Source: Auanema rhodensis (lineage: Eukaryota; Animalia; Nematoda). From it: 64,000 nucleotides of DNA. The notes below the pieces were generated by a model, which was not told where the DNA came from, did not search any database, and saw nothing but the letters and a program-made list of their open reading frames with translations. Positions 38,658-54,050 of the stretch are shown piece by piece (position 1 is the first letter of the stretch; each line of letters begins with the position of its first letter). The stretch spans positions 18,972,001-19,036,000 of the forward strand of contig OZ059900.1 in the NCBI GenBank assembly GCA_964057225.1, read 5' to 3'. A program made the translations under genes and the position numbers.

Positions 38658-41600
38658 CATTTGACGACTCATATGAACAAAAATCGATTTAATCATTATT
38701 AGCCATAAGGGGCGTGCCCTCAGAATATGCTAATTTCCTTAATTTTCTAACCCCTGTTTTTTTGTCGTGAAAGTGGAACTAGACGTTGTACGAACAATTT
38801 TGAGCTAGGTTTCATTGACATTGCATGAGTTTGAACACATGAAATCGTAAGTCAAAACCTTGTTTACAGCGAAATTTCCAAAAACTGGTTTTCCAGCATA
38901 ATAAAATATTTCTCATGGGAAATACTGTGTTTTTGTATTTTTCTAGTGTTCAGCATGTAAAATGTTTCATTTTAGTATGTAACACGCTGAAATTCGTTGC
39001 TTTGACGACTCATATGAACAAAAATCGATTTAATCAATATTAGCCATAAGGGGCGTGCCCTCAGAATATGCTAATTTCCTTAATTTTCTAACCCCTGTTT
39101 TTTTGTCGTGAAAGTGGAACTAGACGTTGTACGAACAATTTTGAGCTAGGTTTCATTGACATTGCATGAGTTTGAACACATGAAATCGTAAGTGAAAACC
39201 TTGTTTACAGCGAAATTTCCAAAAACTGGTTTTCCAGCATAATAAAATATTTCTCATGGGAAATACTGTGTTTTTGTATTTTTCTAGTGTTCAGCATGTA
39301 AAATGCTTCATTTTAGTATGTAACACGCTGAAATTCGTTGCATTTGACGACTCATATGAACAAAAATCGATTTAATCAATATTAGCTATAAGGGGCGTGC
39401 CCTCAGAATATGCTAACTTCCTTAATTTTCTAACCCCTGTTTTTTTGTCGTGAAAGTGGAACTAGACGTTGTACGAACAATTTTGAGCTAAGTTTCATTG
39501 ACATTGCATGAGTTTGAACACATGAAATCGTAAGTCAAAACCTTGTTTACAGCGAAATTTCCAAAAACTGGTTTTCCAGCATAATAAAATATTTCTCATG
39601 GGAAATACTGTGTTTTTGTTTTTTTCTAGTGTTCAGCATGTAAAATGCTTAATTTTAGTATGTAACACGCTGAAATTCGTTGCATTTGACGACTCATATG
39701 AACAAAAATCGATTTAATCAATATTAGCCATAAGGGGCGTGCCCTCAGAATATGCTAATTTCCTTAATTTTCTAACCCCTGTTTTTTTGTCGTTAAAGTG
39801 GAACTAGACGTTGTACGAACAATTTTGAGCTAGGTTTCATTGACATTGCATGAGTTTGAACACATGAAATCGTAAGTCAAAACCTTGTTTACAGCGAAAT
39901 TTCCAAAAACTGGTTTTCCAGCATAATAAAATATTTCTCATGGGAAATACTGTGTTTTTGTATTTTTCTAGTGTTCAGCATGTAAAATGCTTCATTTTAG
40001 TATGTAACACGCTGAAATTCGTTGCATTTGACGACTCATATGAACAAAAATCGATTTAATCATTATTAGCCATAAGGGGCGTGCCCTCAGAATATGCTAA
40101 TTTCCTTAATTTTCTAACCCCTGTTTTTTTGTCGTGAAAGTGGAACTAGACGTTGTACGAACAATTTTGAGCTAGGTTTCATTGACATTGCATGAGTTTG
40201 AACACATGAAATCGTAAGTCAAAACCTTGTTTACAGCGAAATTTCCAAAAACTGGTTTTCCAGCATAATAAAATATTTTTCATGGGAAATACTGTGTTTT
40301 TGTATTTTTCTAGTGTTCAGCATGTAAAATGTTTCATTTTAGTATGTAACACGCTGAAATTCGTTGCATTTGACGACTCATATGAACAAAAATCGATTTA
40401 ATCAATATTAGCCATAAGGGGCGTGCCCTCAGAATATGCTAATTTCCTTAATTTTCTAACCCCTGTTTTTTTGTCGTGAAAGTGGAACTAGACGTTGTAC
40501 GAACAATTTTGAGCTAGGTTTCATTGACATTGCATGAGTTTGAACACATGAAATCGTAAGTCAAAACCTTGTTTACAGCGAAATTTCCAAAAACTGGTTT
40601 TCCAGCATAATAAAATATTTCTCATGGGAAATACTGTGTTTTTGTATTTTTCTAGTGTTCAGCATGTAAAATGCTTCATTTTAGTATGTAACACGCTGAA
40701 ATTCGTTGCATTTGACGACTCATATGAACAAAAATCGATTTAATCAATATTAGCTATAAGGGGCGTGCCCTCAGAATATGCTAATTTCCTTAATTTTCTA
40801 ACCCCTGTTTTTTTGTCGTGAAAGTGGAACTAGACGTTGTACGAACAATTTTGAGCTAAGTTTCATTGACATTGCATGAGTTTGAACATATGAAATCGTA
40901 AGTCAAAACCTTGTTTACAGCGAAATTTCCAAAAACTGGTTTTCCAGCATAATAAAATATTTCTCATGGGAAATACTGTGTTTTTGTATTTTTTTAGTGT
41001 TCAGCATGTAAAATGCTTCATTTTAGTATGTAACACGCTGAAATTCGTTGCATTTGACGACTCATATGAACAAAAATCGATTTAATCAATATTAGCCATA
41101 AGGGGCGTGCCCTCAGAATATGCTAATTTCCTTAATTTTCTAACCCCTGTTTTTTTGTCGTGAAAGTGGAACTAGACGTTGTACGAACAATTTTGAGCTA
41201 GGTTTCATTGACATTGCATGAGTTTGAACACATGAAATCGTAAGTCAAAACCTTGTTTACAGCGAAATTTCCAAAAACTGGTTTTCCAGCATAATAAAAT
41301 ATTTCTCATGGGAAATACTGTGTTTTTGTATTTTTCTAGTGTTCAGCATGTAAAATGCTTCATTTTAGTATGTAACACGCTGAAATTCGTTGCATTTGAC
41401 GACTCATATGAACAAAAATCGATTTAATCAATATTAGCTATAAGGGGCGTGCCCTCAGAATATGCTAATTTCCTTAATTTTCTAACCCCTGTTTTTTTGT
41501 CGTGAAAGTGGAACTAGACGTTGTACGAACAATTTTGAGCTAAGTTTCATTGACATTGCATGAGTTTGAACATATGAAATCGTAAGTCAAAACCTTGTTT

Positions 41601-43444
41601 ACAGCGAAATTTCCAAAAACTGGTTTTCCAGCATAATAAAATATTTCTCATGGGAAATACTGTGTTTTTGTATTTTTTTAGTGTTCAGCATGTAAAATGC
41701 TTCATTTTAGTATGTAACACGCTGAAATTCGTTGCATTTGACGACTCATATGAACAAAAATCGATTTAATCAATATTAGCCATAAGGGGCGTGCCCTCAG
41801 AATATGCTAATTTCCTTAATTTTCTAACCCCTGTTTTTTTGTCGTGAAAGTGGAACTAGACGTTGTACGAACAATTTTGAGCTAGGTTTCATTGACATTG
41901 CATGAGTTTGAACACATGAAATCGTAAGTCAAAACCTTGTTTACAGCGAAATTTCCAAAAACTGGTTTTCCAGCATAATAAAATATTTCTCATGGGAAAT
42001 ACTGTGTTTTTGTATTTTTCTAGTGTTCAGCATGTAAAATGCTTCATTTTAGTATGTAACACGCTGAAATTCGTTGCATTTGACGACTCATATGAACAAA
42101 AATCGATTTAATCAATATTAGCCATAAGGGGCGTGCCCTCAGAATATGCTAATTTCCTTAATTTTCTAACCCCTGTTTTTTTGTCGTGAAAGTGGAACTA
42201 GACGTTGTACGAACAATTTTGAGCTAGGTTTCATTGACATTGCATGAGTTTGAACACATGAAATCGTAAGTCAAAACCTTGTTTACAGCGAAATTTCCAA
42301 AAACTGGTTTTCCAGCATAATAAAATATTTTTCATGAGAAATACTGTGTTTTTGTATTTTTCTAGTGTTCAGCATGTAAAATGTTTCATTTTAGTATGTA
42401 ACACGCTGAAATTCGTTGCATTTGACGACTCATATGAACAAAAATCGAATTAATCAATATTAGCCATAAGGGGCGTGCCCTCAGAATATGCTAATTTCCT
42501 TAATTTTCTAACCCCTGTTTTTTTGTCGTGAAAGTGGAACTAGACGTTGTACAAACAATTTTGAGCAAGGTTTCATTGACATTGCATGAATTTGAACACA
42601 TGAAATCGTAAGTCAAAACCTTGTTTACAGCGAAATTTCCAAAATCTGGTTTTCCAGCATAATAAAATATTTCTCATGGGAAATACTGTGTTTTTGTATT
42701 TTTCTAGTGTTCAGCATGTAAAATGCTTCATTTTGGTATGTAACACGCTGAAATTCGTTGCATTTGACGACTCATATGAACAAAAATCGATTTAATCAAT
42801 ATTAGCCATAAGGGGCGTGCCCTCAGAATATGCTAATTTCCTTAATTTTCTAACCCCTGTTTTTTTGTCGTGAAAGTGGAACTAGACGTTGTACGAACAA
42901 TTTTGAGCTAGGTTTCATTGACATTGCATGAGTTTGAACACATGAAATCGTAAGTCAAAACCTTGTTTACAGCGAAATTTCCAAAAACTGGTTTTCCAGC
43001 ATAATAAAATATTTTTCATGAGAAATACTGTGTTTTTGTATTTTTCTAGTGTTCAGCATGTAAAATGCTTCATTTTAGTATGTAACACGCTGAAATTCGT
43101 TGCATTTGACGACTCATATGAACAAAAATCGAATTAATCAATATTAGCCATAAGGGGCGTGCCCTCAGAATATGCTAATTTCCTTAATTTTCTAACCCCT
43201 GTTTTTTTGTCGTGAAAGTGGAACTAGACGTTGTACGAACAATTTTGAGCTAGGTTTCATTGACATTGCATGAGTTTGAACACATGAAATCGTAAGTCAA
43301 AACCTTGTTTACAGCGAAATTTCCAAAAACTGGTTTTCCAGCATAATAAAATATTTCTCATGGGAAATACTGTGTTTTTGTATTTTTCTAGTGTTCAGCA
43401 TGTAAAATGCTTCATTTTAGTATGTAACACGCTGAAATTCGTTG

Positions 43445-46180
43445 CATTTGACGACTCATATGAACAAAAATCGATTTAATCAATATTAGCTATAAGGGGC
43501 GTGCCCTCAGAATATGCTAATTTCCTTAATTTTCTAACCCCTGTTTTTTTGTCGTGAAAGTGGAACTAGACGTTGTACGAACAATTTTGAGCTAAGTTTC
43601 ATTGACATTGCATGAGTTTGAACATATGAAATCGTAAGTCAAAACCTTGTTTACAGCGAAATTTCCAAAAACTGGTTTTCCAGCATAATAAAATATTTCT
43701 CATGGGAAATACTGTGTTTTTGTATTTTTTTAGTGTTCAGCATGTAAAATGCTTCATTTTAGTATGTAACACGCTGAAATTCGTTGCATTTGACGACTCA
43801 TATGAACAAAAATCGATTTAATCAATATTAGCCATAAGGGGCGTGCCCTCAGAATATGCTAATTTCCTTAATTTTCTAACCCCTGTTTTTTTGTCGTGAA
43901 AGTGGAACTAGACGTTGTACGAACAATTTTGAGCTAGGTTTCATTGACATTGCATGAGTTTGAACACATGAAATCGTAAGTCAAAACCTTGTTTACAGCG
44001 AAATTTCCAAAAACTGGTTTTCCAGCATAATAAAATATTTCTCATGGGAAATACTGTGTTTTTGTATTTTTCTAGTGTTCAGCATGTAGAATGCTTCATT
44101 TTAGTATGTAACACGCTGAAATTCGTTGCATTTGACGACTCATATGAACAAAAATCGATTTAATCAATATTAGCCATAAGGGGCGTGCCCTCAGAATATG
44201 CTAATTTCCTTAATTTTCTAACCCCTGTTTTTTTGTCGTGAAAGTGGAACTAGACGTTGTACGAACAATTTTGAGCTAGGTTTCATTGACATTGCATGAG
44301 TTTGAACACATGAAATCGTAAGTCAAAACCTTGTTTACAGCGAAATTTCCAAAAACTGGTTTTCCAGCATAATAAAATATTTTTCATGAGAAATACTGTG
44401 TTTTTGTATTTTTCTAGTGTTCAGCATGTAAAATGCTTCATTTTAGTATGTAACACGCTGAAATTCGTTGCATTTGACGACTCATATGAACAAAAATCGA
44501 ATTAATCAATATTAGCCATAAGGGGCGTGCCCTCAGAATATGCTAATTTCCTTAATTTTCTAACCCCTGTTTTTTTGTCGTGAAAGTGGAACTAGACGTT
44601 GTACAAACAATTTTGAGCAAGGTTTCATTGACATTGCATGAATTTGAACACATGAAATCGTAAGTCAAAACCTTGTTTACAGCGAAATTTCCAAAATCTG
44701 GTTTTCCAGCATAATAAAATATTTCTCATGGGAAATACTGTGTTTTTGTATTTTTCTAGTGTTCAGCATGTAAAATGCTTCATTTTGGTATGTAACACGC
44801 TGAAATTCGTTGCATTTGACGACTCATATGAACAAAAATCGATTTAATCAATATTAGCCATAAGGGGCGTGCCCTCAGAATATGCTAATTTCCTTAATTT
44901 TCTAACCCCTGTTTTTTTGTCGTGAAAGTGGAACTAGACGTTGTACGAACAATTTTGAGCTAGGTTTCATTGACATTGCATGAGTTTGAACACATGAAAT
45001 CGTAAGTCAAAACCTTGTTTACAGCGAAATTTCCAAAAACTGGTTTTCCAGCATAATAAAATATTTCTCATGGGAAATACTGTGTTTTTGTATTTTTCTA
45101 GTGTTCAGCATGTAAAATGCTTCATTTTAGTATGTAACACGCTGAAATTCGTTGCATTTGACGACTCATATGAACAAAAATCGATTTAATCAATATTAGC
45201 CATAAGGGGCGTGCCCTCAGAATATGCTAATTTCCTTAATTTTCTAACCCCTGTTTTTTTGTCGTGAAAGTGGAACTAGGCGTTGTACGAACAATTTTGA
45301 GCTAGGTTTCATTGACATTGCATGAGTTTGAACACATGAAATCGTAAGTGAAAACCTTGTTTACAGCGAAATTTCCAAAAACTGGTTTTCCAGCATAATA
45401 AAATATTTCTCATGGGAAATACTGTGTTTTTGTATTTTTCTAGTGTTCAGCATGTAAAATGCTTCATTTTAGTATGTAACACGCTGAAATTCGTTGCATT
45501 TGACGACTCATATGAACAAAAATCGATTTAATCAATATTAGCCATAAGGGGCGTGCCCTCAGAATATGCTAACTTCCTTAATTTTCTAACCCCTGTTTTT
45601 TTGTCGTGAAAGTGGAACTAGACGTTGTACTAACAATTTTGAGCTAGGTTTCATTGACATTGCATGAGTTTGAACACATGAAATCGTAAGTCAAAACCTT
45701 GTTTACAGCGAAATTTCCAAAAACTGGTTTTCCAGCATAATAAAATATTTCTCATGGGAAATACTGTGTTTTTGTTTTTTTCTAGTGTTCAGCATGTAAA
45801 ATGCTTAATTTTAGTATGTAACACGCTGAAATTCGTTGCATTTGACGACTCATATGAACAAAAATCGATTTAATCAATATTAGCCATAAGGGGCGTGCCC
45901 TCAGAATATGCTAATTTCCTTAATTTTCTAACCCCTGTTTTTTTGTCGTTAAAGTGGAACTAGACGTTGTACGAACAATTTTGAGCTAGGTTTCATTGAC
46001 ATTGCATGAGTTTGAACACATGAAATCGTAAGTCAAAACCTTGTTTACAGCGAAATTTCCAAAAACTGGTTTTCCAGCATAATAAAATATTTCTCATGGG
46101 AAATACTGTGTTTTTGTATTTTTCTAGTGTTCAGCATGTAAAATGCTTCATTTTAGTATGTAACACGCTGAAATTCGTTG
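43445..46180. repeat. 8-monomer variant cassette, copy 3 (m128-135)
   Basis: Same ordered variants, plus A227T (CCAAAATCTGG) in the 4th monomer. Confidence 0.88.
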
Positions 46181-49100
46181 CATTTGACGACTCATATGAA
46201 CAAAAATCGATTTAATCAATATTAGCCATAAGGGGCGTGCCCTCAGAATATGCTAATTTCCTTAATTTTCTAACCCCTGTTTTTTTGTCGTGAAAGTGGA
46301 ACTAGACGTTGTACAAACAATTTTGAGCTAGGTTTCATTGACATTGCATGAGTTTGAACACATGAAATCGTAAGTCAAAACCTTGTTTACAGCGAAATTT
46401 CCAAAAACTGGTTTTCCAGCATAATAAAATATTTCTCATGGGAAATACTGTGTTTTTGTTCTTTTCTAGTGTTCAGCATGTAAAATGCTTAATTTTAGTA
46501 TGTAACACGCTGAAATTCGTTGCATTTGACGACTCATATGAACAAAAATCGATTTAATCAATATTAGCCATAAGGGGCGTGCCCTCAGAATATGCTAATT
46601 TCCTTAATTTTCTAACCCCTGTTTTTTTGTCGTGAAAGTGGAACTAGACGTTGTACGAACAATTTTGAGCTAGGTTTCATTGACATTGCATGAGTTTGAA
46701 CACATGAAATCGTAAGTCAAAACCTTGTTTACAGCGAAATTTCCAAAAACTGGTTTTCCAGCATAATAAAATATTTCTCATGGGAAATACTGTGTTTTTG
46801 TATTTTTCTAGTGTTCAGCATGTAAAATGCTTCATTTTAGTATGTAACACGCTGAAATTCGTTGCATTTGACGACTCATATGAACAAAAATCGATTTAAT
46901 CAATATTAGCCATAAGGGGCGTGCCCTCAGAATATGCTAATTTCCTTAATTTTCTAACCCCTGTTTTTTTGTCGTGAAAGTGGAACTATACGTTGTACGA
47001 ACAATTTTGAGCTAGGTTTCATTGACATTGCATGAGTTTGAACACATGAAATCGTAAGTCAAAACCTTGTTTACAGCGAAATTTCCAAAAACTGGTTTTC
47101 CAGCATAATAAAATATTTTTCATGAGAAATACTGTGTTTTTGTATTTTTCTAGTGTTCAGCATGTAAAATGCTTCATTTTAGTATGTAACACGCTGAAAT
47201 TCGTTGCATTTGACGACTCATATGAACAAAAATCGATTTAATCAATATTAGCCATAAGGGGCGTGCCCTCAGAATATGCTAATTTCCTTAATTTTCTAAC
47301 CCCTGTTTTTTTGTCGTGAAAGTGGAACTAGACGTTGTACAAACAATTTTGAGCTAGGTTTCATTGACATTGCATGAGTTTGAACACATGAAATCGTAAG
47401 TCAAAACCTTGTTTACAGCGAAATTTCCAAAAACTGGTTTTCCAGCATAATAAAATATTTCTCATGGGAAATACTGTGTTTTTGTATTTTTCTAGTGTTC
47501 AGCATGTAAAATGCTTCATTTTAGTATGTAACACGCTGAAATTCGTTGCATTTGACGACTCATATGAACAAAAATCGATTTAATCAATATTAGCCATAAG
47601 GGGCGTGCCCTCAGAATATGCTAATTTCCTTAATTTTCTAACCCCTGTTTTTTTGTCGTGAAAGTGGAACTATTCGTTGTACGAACAAATTTGAGCTAGG
47701 TTTCATTGACATTGCATGAGTTTGAACACATGAAATCGTAAGTCAAAACCTTGTTTACAGCGAAATTTCCAAAAACTGGTTTTCCAGCATAATAAAATAT
47801 TTCTCATGGGAAATACTGTGTTTTTGTTTTTTTCTAGTGTTCAGCATGTAAAATGCTTCATTTTAGTATGTAACACGCTGAAATTCGTTGCATTTGACGA
47901 CTCATATGAACAAAAATCGATTTAATCAATATTAGCCATAAGGGGCGTGCCCTCAGAATATACTAATTTCCTTAATTTTCTAACCCCTGTTTTTTTGTCG
48001 TGAAAGTGGAACTAGACGTTGTACGAACAATTTTGAGCTAGGTTTCATTGACATTGCATGAGTTTGAACACATGAAATCGTAAGTCAAAACCTTGTTTAC
48101 AGCGAAATTTCCAAAAACTGGTTTTCCAGCATAATAAAATATTTCTCATGGGAAATACTGTGTTTTTGTATTTTTCTAGTGTTCAGCATGTAAAATGCTT
48201 CATTTTAGTATGTAACACGCTGAAATTCGTTGCATTTGACGACTCATATGAACAAAAATCGATTTAATCAATATTAGCCATAAGGGGCGTGCCCTCAGAA
48301 TATGCTAATTTCCTTAATTTTCTAACCCTTGTTTTTTTGTCGTGAAAGTGGAACTAGACGTTGTACGAACAATTTTGAGCTAGGTTTCATTGACATTGCA
48401 TGAGTTTGAACACATGAAATCGTAAGTCAAAACCTTGTTTACAGCGAAATTTCCAAAAACTGGTTTTCCAGCATAATAAAATATTTCTCATGGGAAATAC
48501 TGTGTTTTTGTATTTTTCTAGTGTTCAGCATGTAAAATGCTTCATTTTAGTATGTAACACGCTGAAATTCGTTGCATTTGACGACTCATATGAACAAAAA
48601 TCGATTTAATCAATATTAGCCATAAGGGGCGTGCCCTCAGAATATGCTAATTTCCTTAATTTTCTAACCCTTGTTTTTTTGTCGTGAAAGTGGAACTAGA
48701 CGTTGTACGAACAATTTTGAGCTAGGTTTCATTGACATTGCATGAGTTTGAACACATGAAATCGTAAGTCAAAACCTTGTTTACAGCGAAATTTCCAAAA
48801 ACTGGTTTTCCAGCATAATAAAATATTTCTCATGGGAAATACTGTGTTTTTGTATTTTTCTAGTGTTCAGCATGTAAAATGCTTCATTTTAGTATGTAAC
48901 ACGCTGAAATTCGTTGCATTTGACGACTCATATGAACAAAAATCGATTTAATCAATATTAGCCATAAGGGGCGTGCCCTCAGAATATGCTAATTTCCTTA
49001 ATTTTCTAACCCCTGTTTTTTTGTCGTGAAAGTGGAACTAGACGTTGTACGAACAAATTTGAGCTAGGTTTCATTGACATTGCATGAGTTTGAACACATG

Positions 49101-52100
49101 AAATCGTAAGTCAAAACCTTGTTTACAGCGAAATTTCCAAAAACTGGTTTTCCAGCATAATAAAATATTTCTCATGGGAAATACTGTGTTTTTGTATTTT
49201 TCTAGTGTTTAGCATGTAAAATGCTTCATTTTAGTATGTAACACGCTGAAATTCGTTGCATTTGACGACTCATATGAACAAAAATCGATTTAATCAATAT
49301 TAGCCATAAGGGGCGTGCCCTCAGAATATGCTAATTTCCTTAATTTTCTAACCCCTGTTTTTTTGTCGTGAAAGTGGAACTAGACGTTGTACGAACAATT
49401 TTGAGCTAGGTTTCATTGACATTGCATGAGTTTGAACACATGAAATCGTAAGTCAAAACCTTGTTTACAGCGAAATTTCCAAAAACTGGTTTTCCAGCAT
49501 AATAAAATATTTCTCATGGGAAATACTGTGTTTTTGTTTTTTTCTAGTGTTCAGCATGTGAAATGCTTCATTTTAGTATGTAACACGCTGAAATTCGTTG
49601 CATTTGACGACTCATATGAACAAAAATCGATTTAATCAATATTAGCCATAAGGGGCGTGCCCTCAGAATATGCTAATTTCCTTAATTTTCTAACCCCTGT
49701 TTTTTTGTCGTGAAAGTGGAACTAGACGTTGTACGAACAATTTTGAGCTAGGTTTCATTGACATTGCATGAGTTTGAACACATGAAATCGTAAGTCAAAA
49801 CCTTGTTTACAGCGAAATTTCCAAAAACTGGTTTTCCAGCATAATAAAATATTTCTCATGGGAAATACTGTGTTTTTGTATTTTTCTAGTGTTCAGCATG
49901 TAAAATGCTTCATTTTAGTATGTAACACGCTGAAATTCGTTGCATTTGACGACTCATATGAACCAAAATCGATTTAATCAATATTAGCCATAAGGGGCGT
50001 GCCCTCAGAATATGCTAATTTCCTTAATTTTCTAACCCTTGTTTTTTTGTCGTGAAAGTGGAACTAGACGTTGTACGAACAATTTTGAGCTAGGTTTCAT
50101 TGACATTGCATGAGTTTGAACACATGAAATCGTAAGTCAAAACCTTGTTTACAGCGAAATTTCCAAAAACTGGGTTTCCAGCATAATAAAATATTTCTCA
50201 TGGGAAATACTGTGTTTTTGTATTTTTCTAGTGTTCAGCATGTAAAATGCTTCATTTTAGTATGTAACACGCTGAAATTCGTTGCATTTGACGACTCATA
50301 TGAACAAAAATCGATTTAATCAATATTAGCCATAAGGGGCGTGCCCTCAGAATATGCTAATTTCCTTAATTTTCTAACCCCTGTTTTTTTGTCGTGAAAG
50401 TGGAACTAGACGTTGTACAAACAATTTTGAGCTAGGTTTCATTGACATTGCATGAGTTTGAACACATGAAATCGTAAGTCAAAACCTTGTTTACAGCGAA
50501 ATTTCCAAAAACTGGTTTTCCAGCATAATAAAATATTTCTCATGGGAAATACTGTGTTTTTGTATTTTTCTAGTGTTCAGCATGTAAAATGCTTCATTTT
50601 AGTATGTAACACGCTGAAATTCGTTGCATTTGACGACTCATATGAACAAAAATCGATTTAATCAATATTAGCCATAAGGGGCGTGCCCTCAGAATATGCT
50701 AATTTCCTTAATTTTCTAACCCCTGTTTTTTTGTCGTGAAAGTGGAACTAGACGTTGTACAAACAATTTTGAGCTAGGTTTCATTGACATTGCATGAGTT
50801 TGAACACATGAAATCGTAAGTCAAAACCTTGTTTACAGCGAAATTTCCAAAAACTGGTTTTCCAGCATAATAAAATATTTCTCATGGGAAATACTGTGTT
50901 TTTGTATTTTTCTAGTGTTCAGCATGTAAAATGTTTCATTTTAGTATGTAACACGCTGAAATTCGTTGCATTTGACGACTCATATGAACAAAAATCGATT
51001 TAATCAATATTAGCCATAAGGGGCGTGCCCTCAGAATATGCTAATTTCCTTAATTTTCTAACCCCTGTTTTTTTGTCGTGAAAGTGGAACTAAACGTTGT
51101 ACGAACAATTTTGAGCTAGGTTTCATTGACATTGCATGAGTTTGAACACATGAAATCGTAAGTCAAAACCTTGTTTACAGCGAAATTTCCAAAAACTGGT
51201 TTTCCAGCATAATAAAATATTTCTCATGGGAAATACTGTGTTTTTGTATTTTTCTAGTGTTCAGCATGTAAAATGCTTCATTTTAGTATGTAACACGCTG
51301 AAATTCGTTGCATTTGACGACTCATATGAACAAAAATCGATTTAATCAATATTAGCCATAAGGGGCGTGCCCTCAGAATATGCTAATTTCCTTAATTTTC
51401 TAACCCCTGTTTTTTTGTCGTGAAAGTGGAACTAGACGTTGTACGATCAATTTTGAGCTAGGTTTCATTGACATTGCATGAGTTTGAACACATGAAATCG
51501 TAAGTCAAAACCTTGTTTACAGCGAAATTTCCAAAAACTGGTTTTCCAGCATAATAAAATATTTCTCATGGGAAATACTGTGTTTTTGTATTTTTCTAGT
51601 GTTCAGCATGTAAAATGCTTCATTTTAGTATGTAACACGCTGAAATTCGTTGCATTTGACGACTCATATGAACAAAAATCGATTTAATCAATATTAGCCA
51701 TAAGGGGCGTGCCCTCAGAATATGCTAATTTCCTTAATTTTCTAACCCCTGTTTTTTTTGTCGTGAAAGTGGAACTAGACGTTGTACAAACAATTTTGAG
51801 CTAGGTTTCATTGACATTGCATGAGTTTGAACACATGAAATCGTAAGTCAAAACCTTGTTTACAGCGAAATTTCCAAAAACTGGTTTTCCAGCATAATAA
51901 AATATTTCTCATGGGAAATACTGTGTTTTTGTATTTTTCTAGTGTTCAGCATGTAAAATGCTTCATTTTAGTATGTAACACGCTGAAATTCGTTGCATTT
52001 GACGACTCATATGAACAAAAATCGATTTAATCAATATTAGCCATAAGGGGCGTGCCCTCAGAATATGCTAATTTCCTTAATTTTCTAACCCCTGTTTTTT

Positions 52101-54050
52101 TGTCGTGAAAGTGGAACTAGACGTTGTACGAACAATTTTGAGCTAAGTTTCATTGACATTGCATGAGTTTGAACACATGAAATCGTAAGTCAAAACCTTG
52201 TTTACAGCGAAATTTCCAAAAACTGGTTTTCCAGCATAATAAAATATTTCTCATGGGAAATACTGTGTTTTTGTTTTTTTCTAGTGTTCAGCATGTAAAA
52301 TGCTTCATTTTAGTATGTAACACGCAGAAATTCGTTGCATTTGACGACTCATATGAACAAAAATCGATTTAATCAATATTAGCCATAAGGGGCGTGCCCT
52401 CAGAATATGCTAATTTCCTTAATTTTCTAACCCCTGTTTTTTTTGTCGTGAAAGTGGAACTAGACGTTGTACAAACAATTTTGAGCTAGGTTTCATTGAC
52501 ATTGCATGAGTTTGAACACATGAAATCGTAAGTCAAAACCTTGTTTACAGCGAAATTTCCAAAAACTGGTTTTCCAGCATAATAAAATATTTCTCATGGG
52601 AAATACTGTGTTTTTGTATTTTTCTAGTGTTCAGCATGTAAAATGCTTCATTTTAGTATGTAACACGCTGAAATTCGTTGCATTTGACGACTCATATGAA
52701 CAAAAATCGATTTAATCAATATTAGCCATAAGGGGCGTGCCCTCAGAATATGCTAATTTCCTTAATTTTCTAACCCCTGTTTTTTTTGTCGTGAAAGTGG
52801 AACTAGACGTTGTACAAACAATTTTGAGCTAGGTTTCATTGACATTGCATGAGTTTGAACACATGAAATCGTAAGTCAAAACCTTGTTTACAGCAAAATT
52901 TCCAAAAACTGGTTTTCCAGCATAATAAAATATTTCTCATGGGAAATACTGTGTTTTTGTTTTTTTCTAGTGTTCAGCATGTAAAATGCTTCATTTTAGT
53001 ATGTAACACGCTGAAATTCGTTGCATTTGACGACTCATATGAACAAAAATCGATTTAATCAATATTAGCCATAAGGGGCGTGCCCTCAGAATATGCTAAT
53101 TTCCTTAATTTTCTAACCCCTGTTTTTTTTGTCGTGAAAGTGGAACTAGACGTTGTACAAACAATTTTGAGCTAGGTTTCATTGACATTGCATGAGTTTG
53201 AACACATGAAATCGTAAGTCAAAACCTTGTTTACAGCGAAATTTCCAAAAACTGGTTTTCCAGCATAATAAAATATTTCTCATGGGAAATACTGTGTTTT
53301 TGTATTTTTCTAGTGTTCAGCATGTAAAATGCTTCATTTTAGTATGTAACACGCTGAAATTCGTTGCATTTGACGACTCATATGAACAAAAATCGATTTA
53401 ATCAATATTAGCCATAAGGGGCGTGCCCTCAGAATATGCTAATTTCCTTAATTTTCTAACCCCTGTTTTTTTGTCGTGAAAGTGGAACTAGACGTTGTAC
53501 GAACAATTTTGAGCTAGGTTTCATTGACATTGCATGAGTTTGAACACATGAAATCGTAAGTCAAAACCTTGTTTACAGCGAAATTTCCAAAAACTGGTTT
53601 TCCAGCATAATAAAATATTTCTCATGGGAAATACTGTGTTTTTGTTTTTTTCTAGTGTTCAGCATGTAAAATGCTTCATTTTAGTATGTAACACGCAGAA
53701 ATTCGTTGCATTTGACGACTCATATGAACAAAAATCGATTTAATCAATATTAGCCATAAGGGGCGTGCCCTCAGAATATGCTAATTTCCTTAATTTTCTA
53801 ACCCCTGTTTTTTTGTCGTGAAAGTGGAACTAGACGTTGTACGAACAATTTTGAGCTAGGTTTCATTGACATTGCATGAGTTTGAACACATGAAATCGTA
53901 AGTCAAAACCTTGTTTACAGCGAAATTTCCAAAAACTGGTTTTCCAGCATAATAAAATATTTCTCATGGGAAATACTGTGTTTTTGTATTTTTCTAGTGT
54001 TCAGCATGTAAAATGCTTCATTTTAGTATGTAACACGCTGAAATTCGTTG

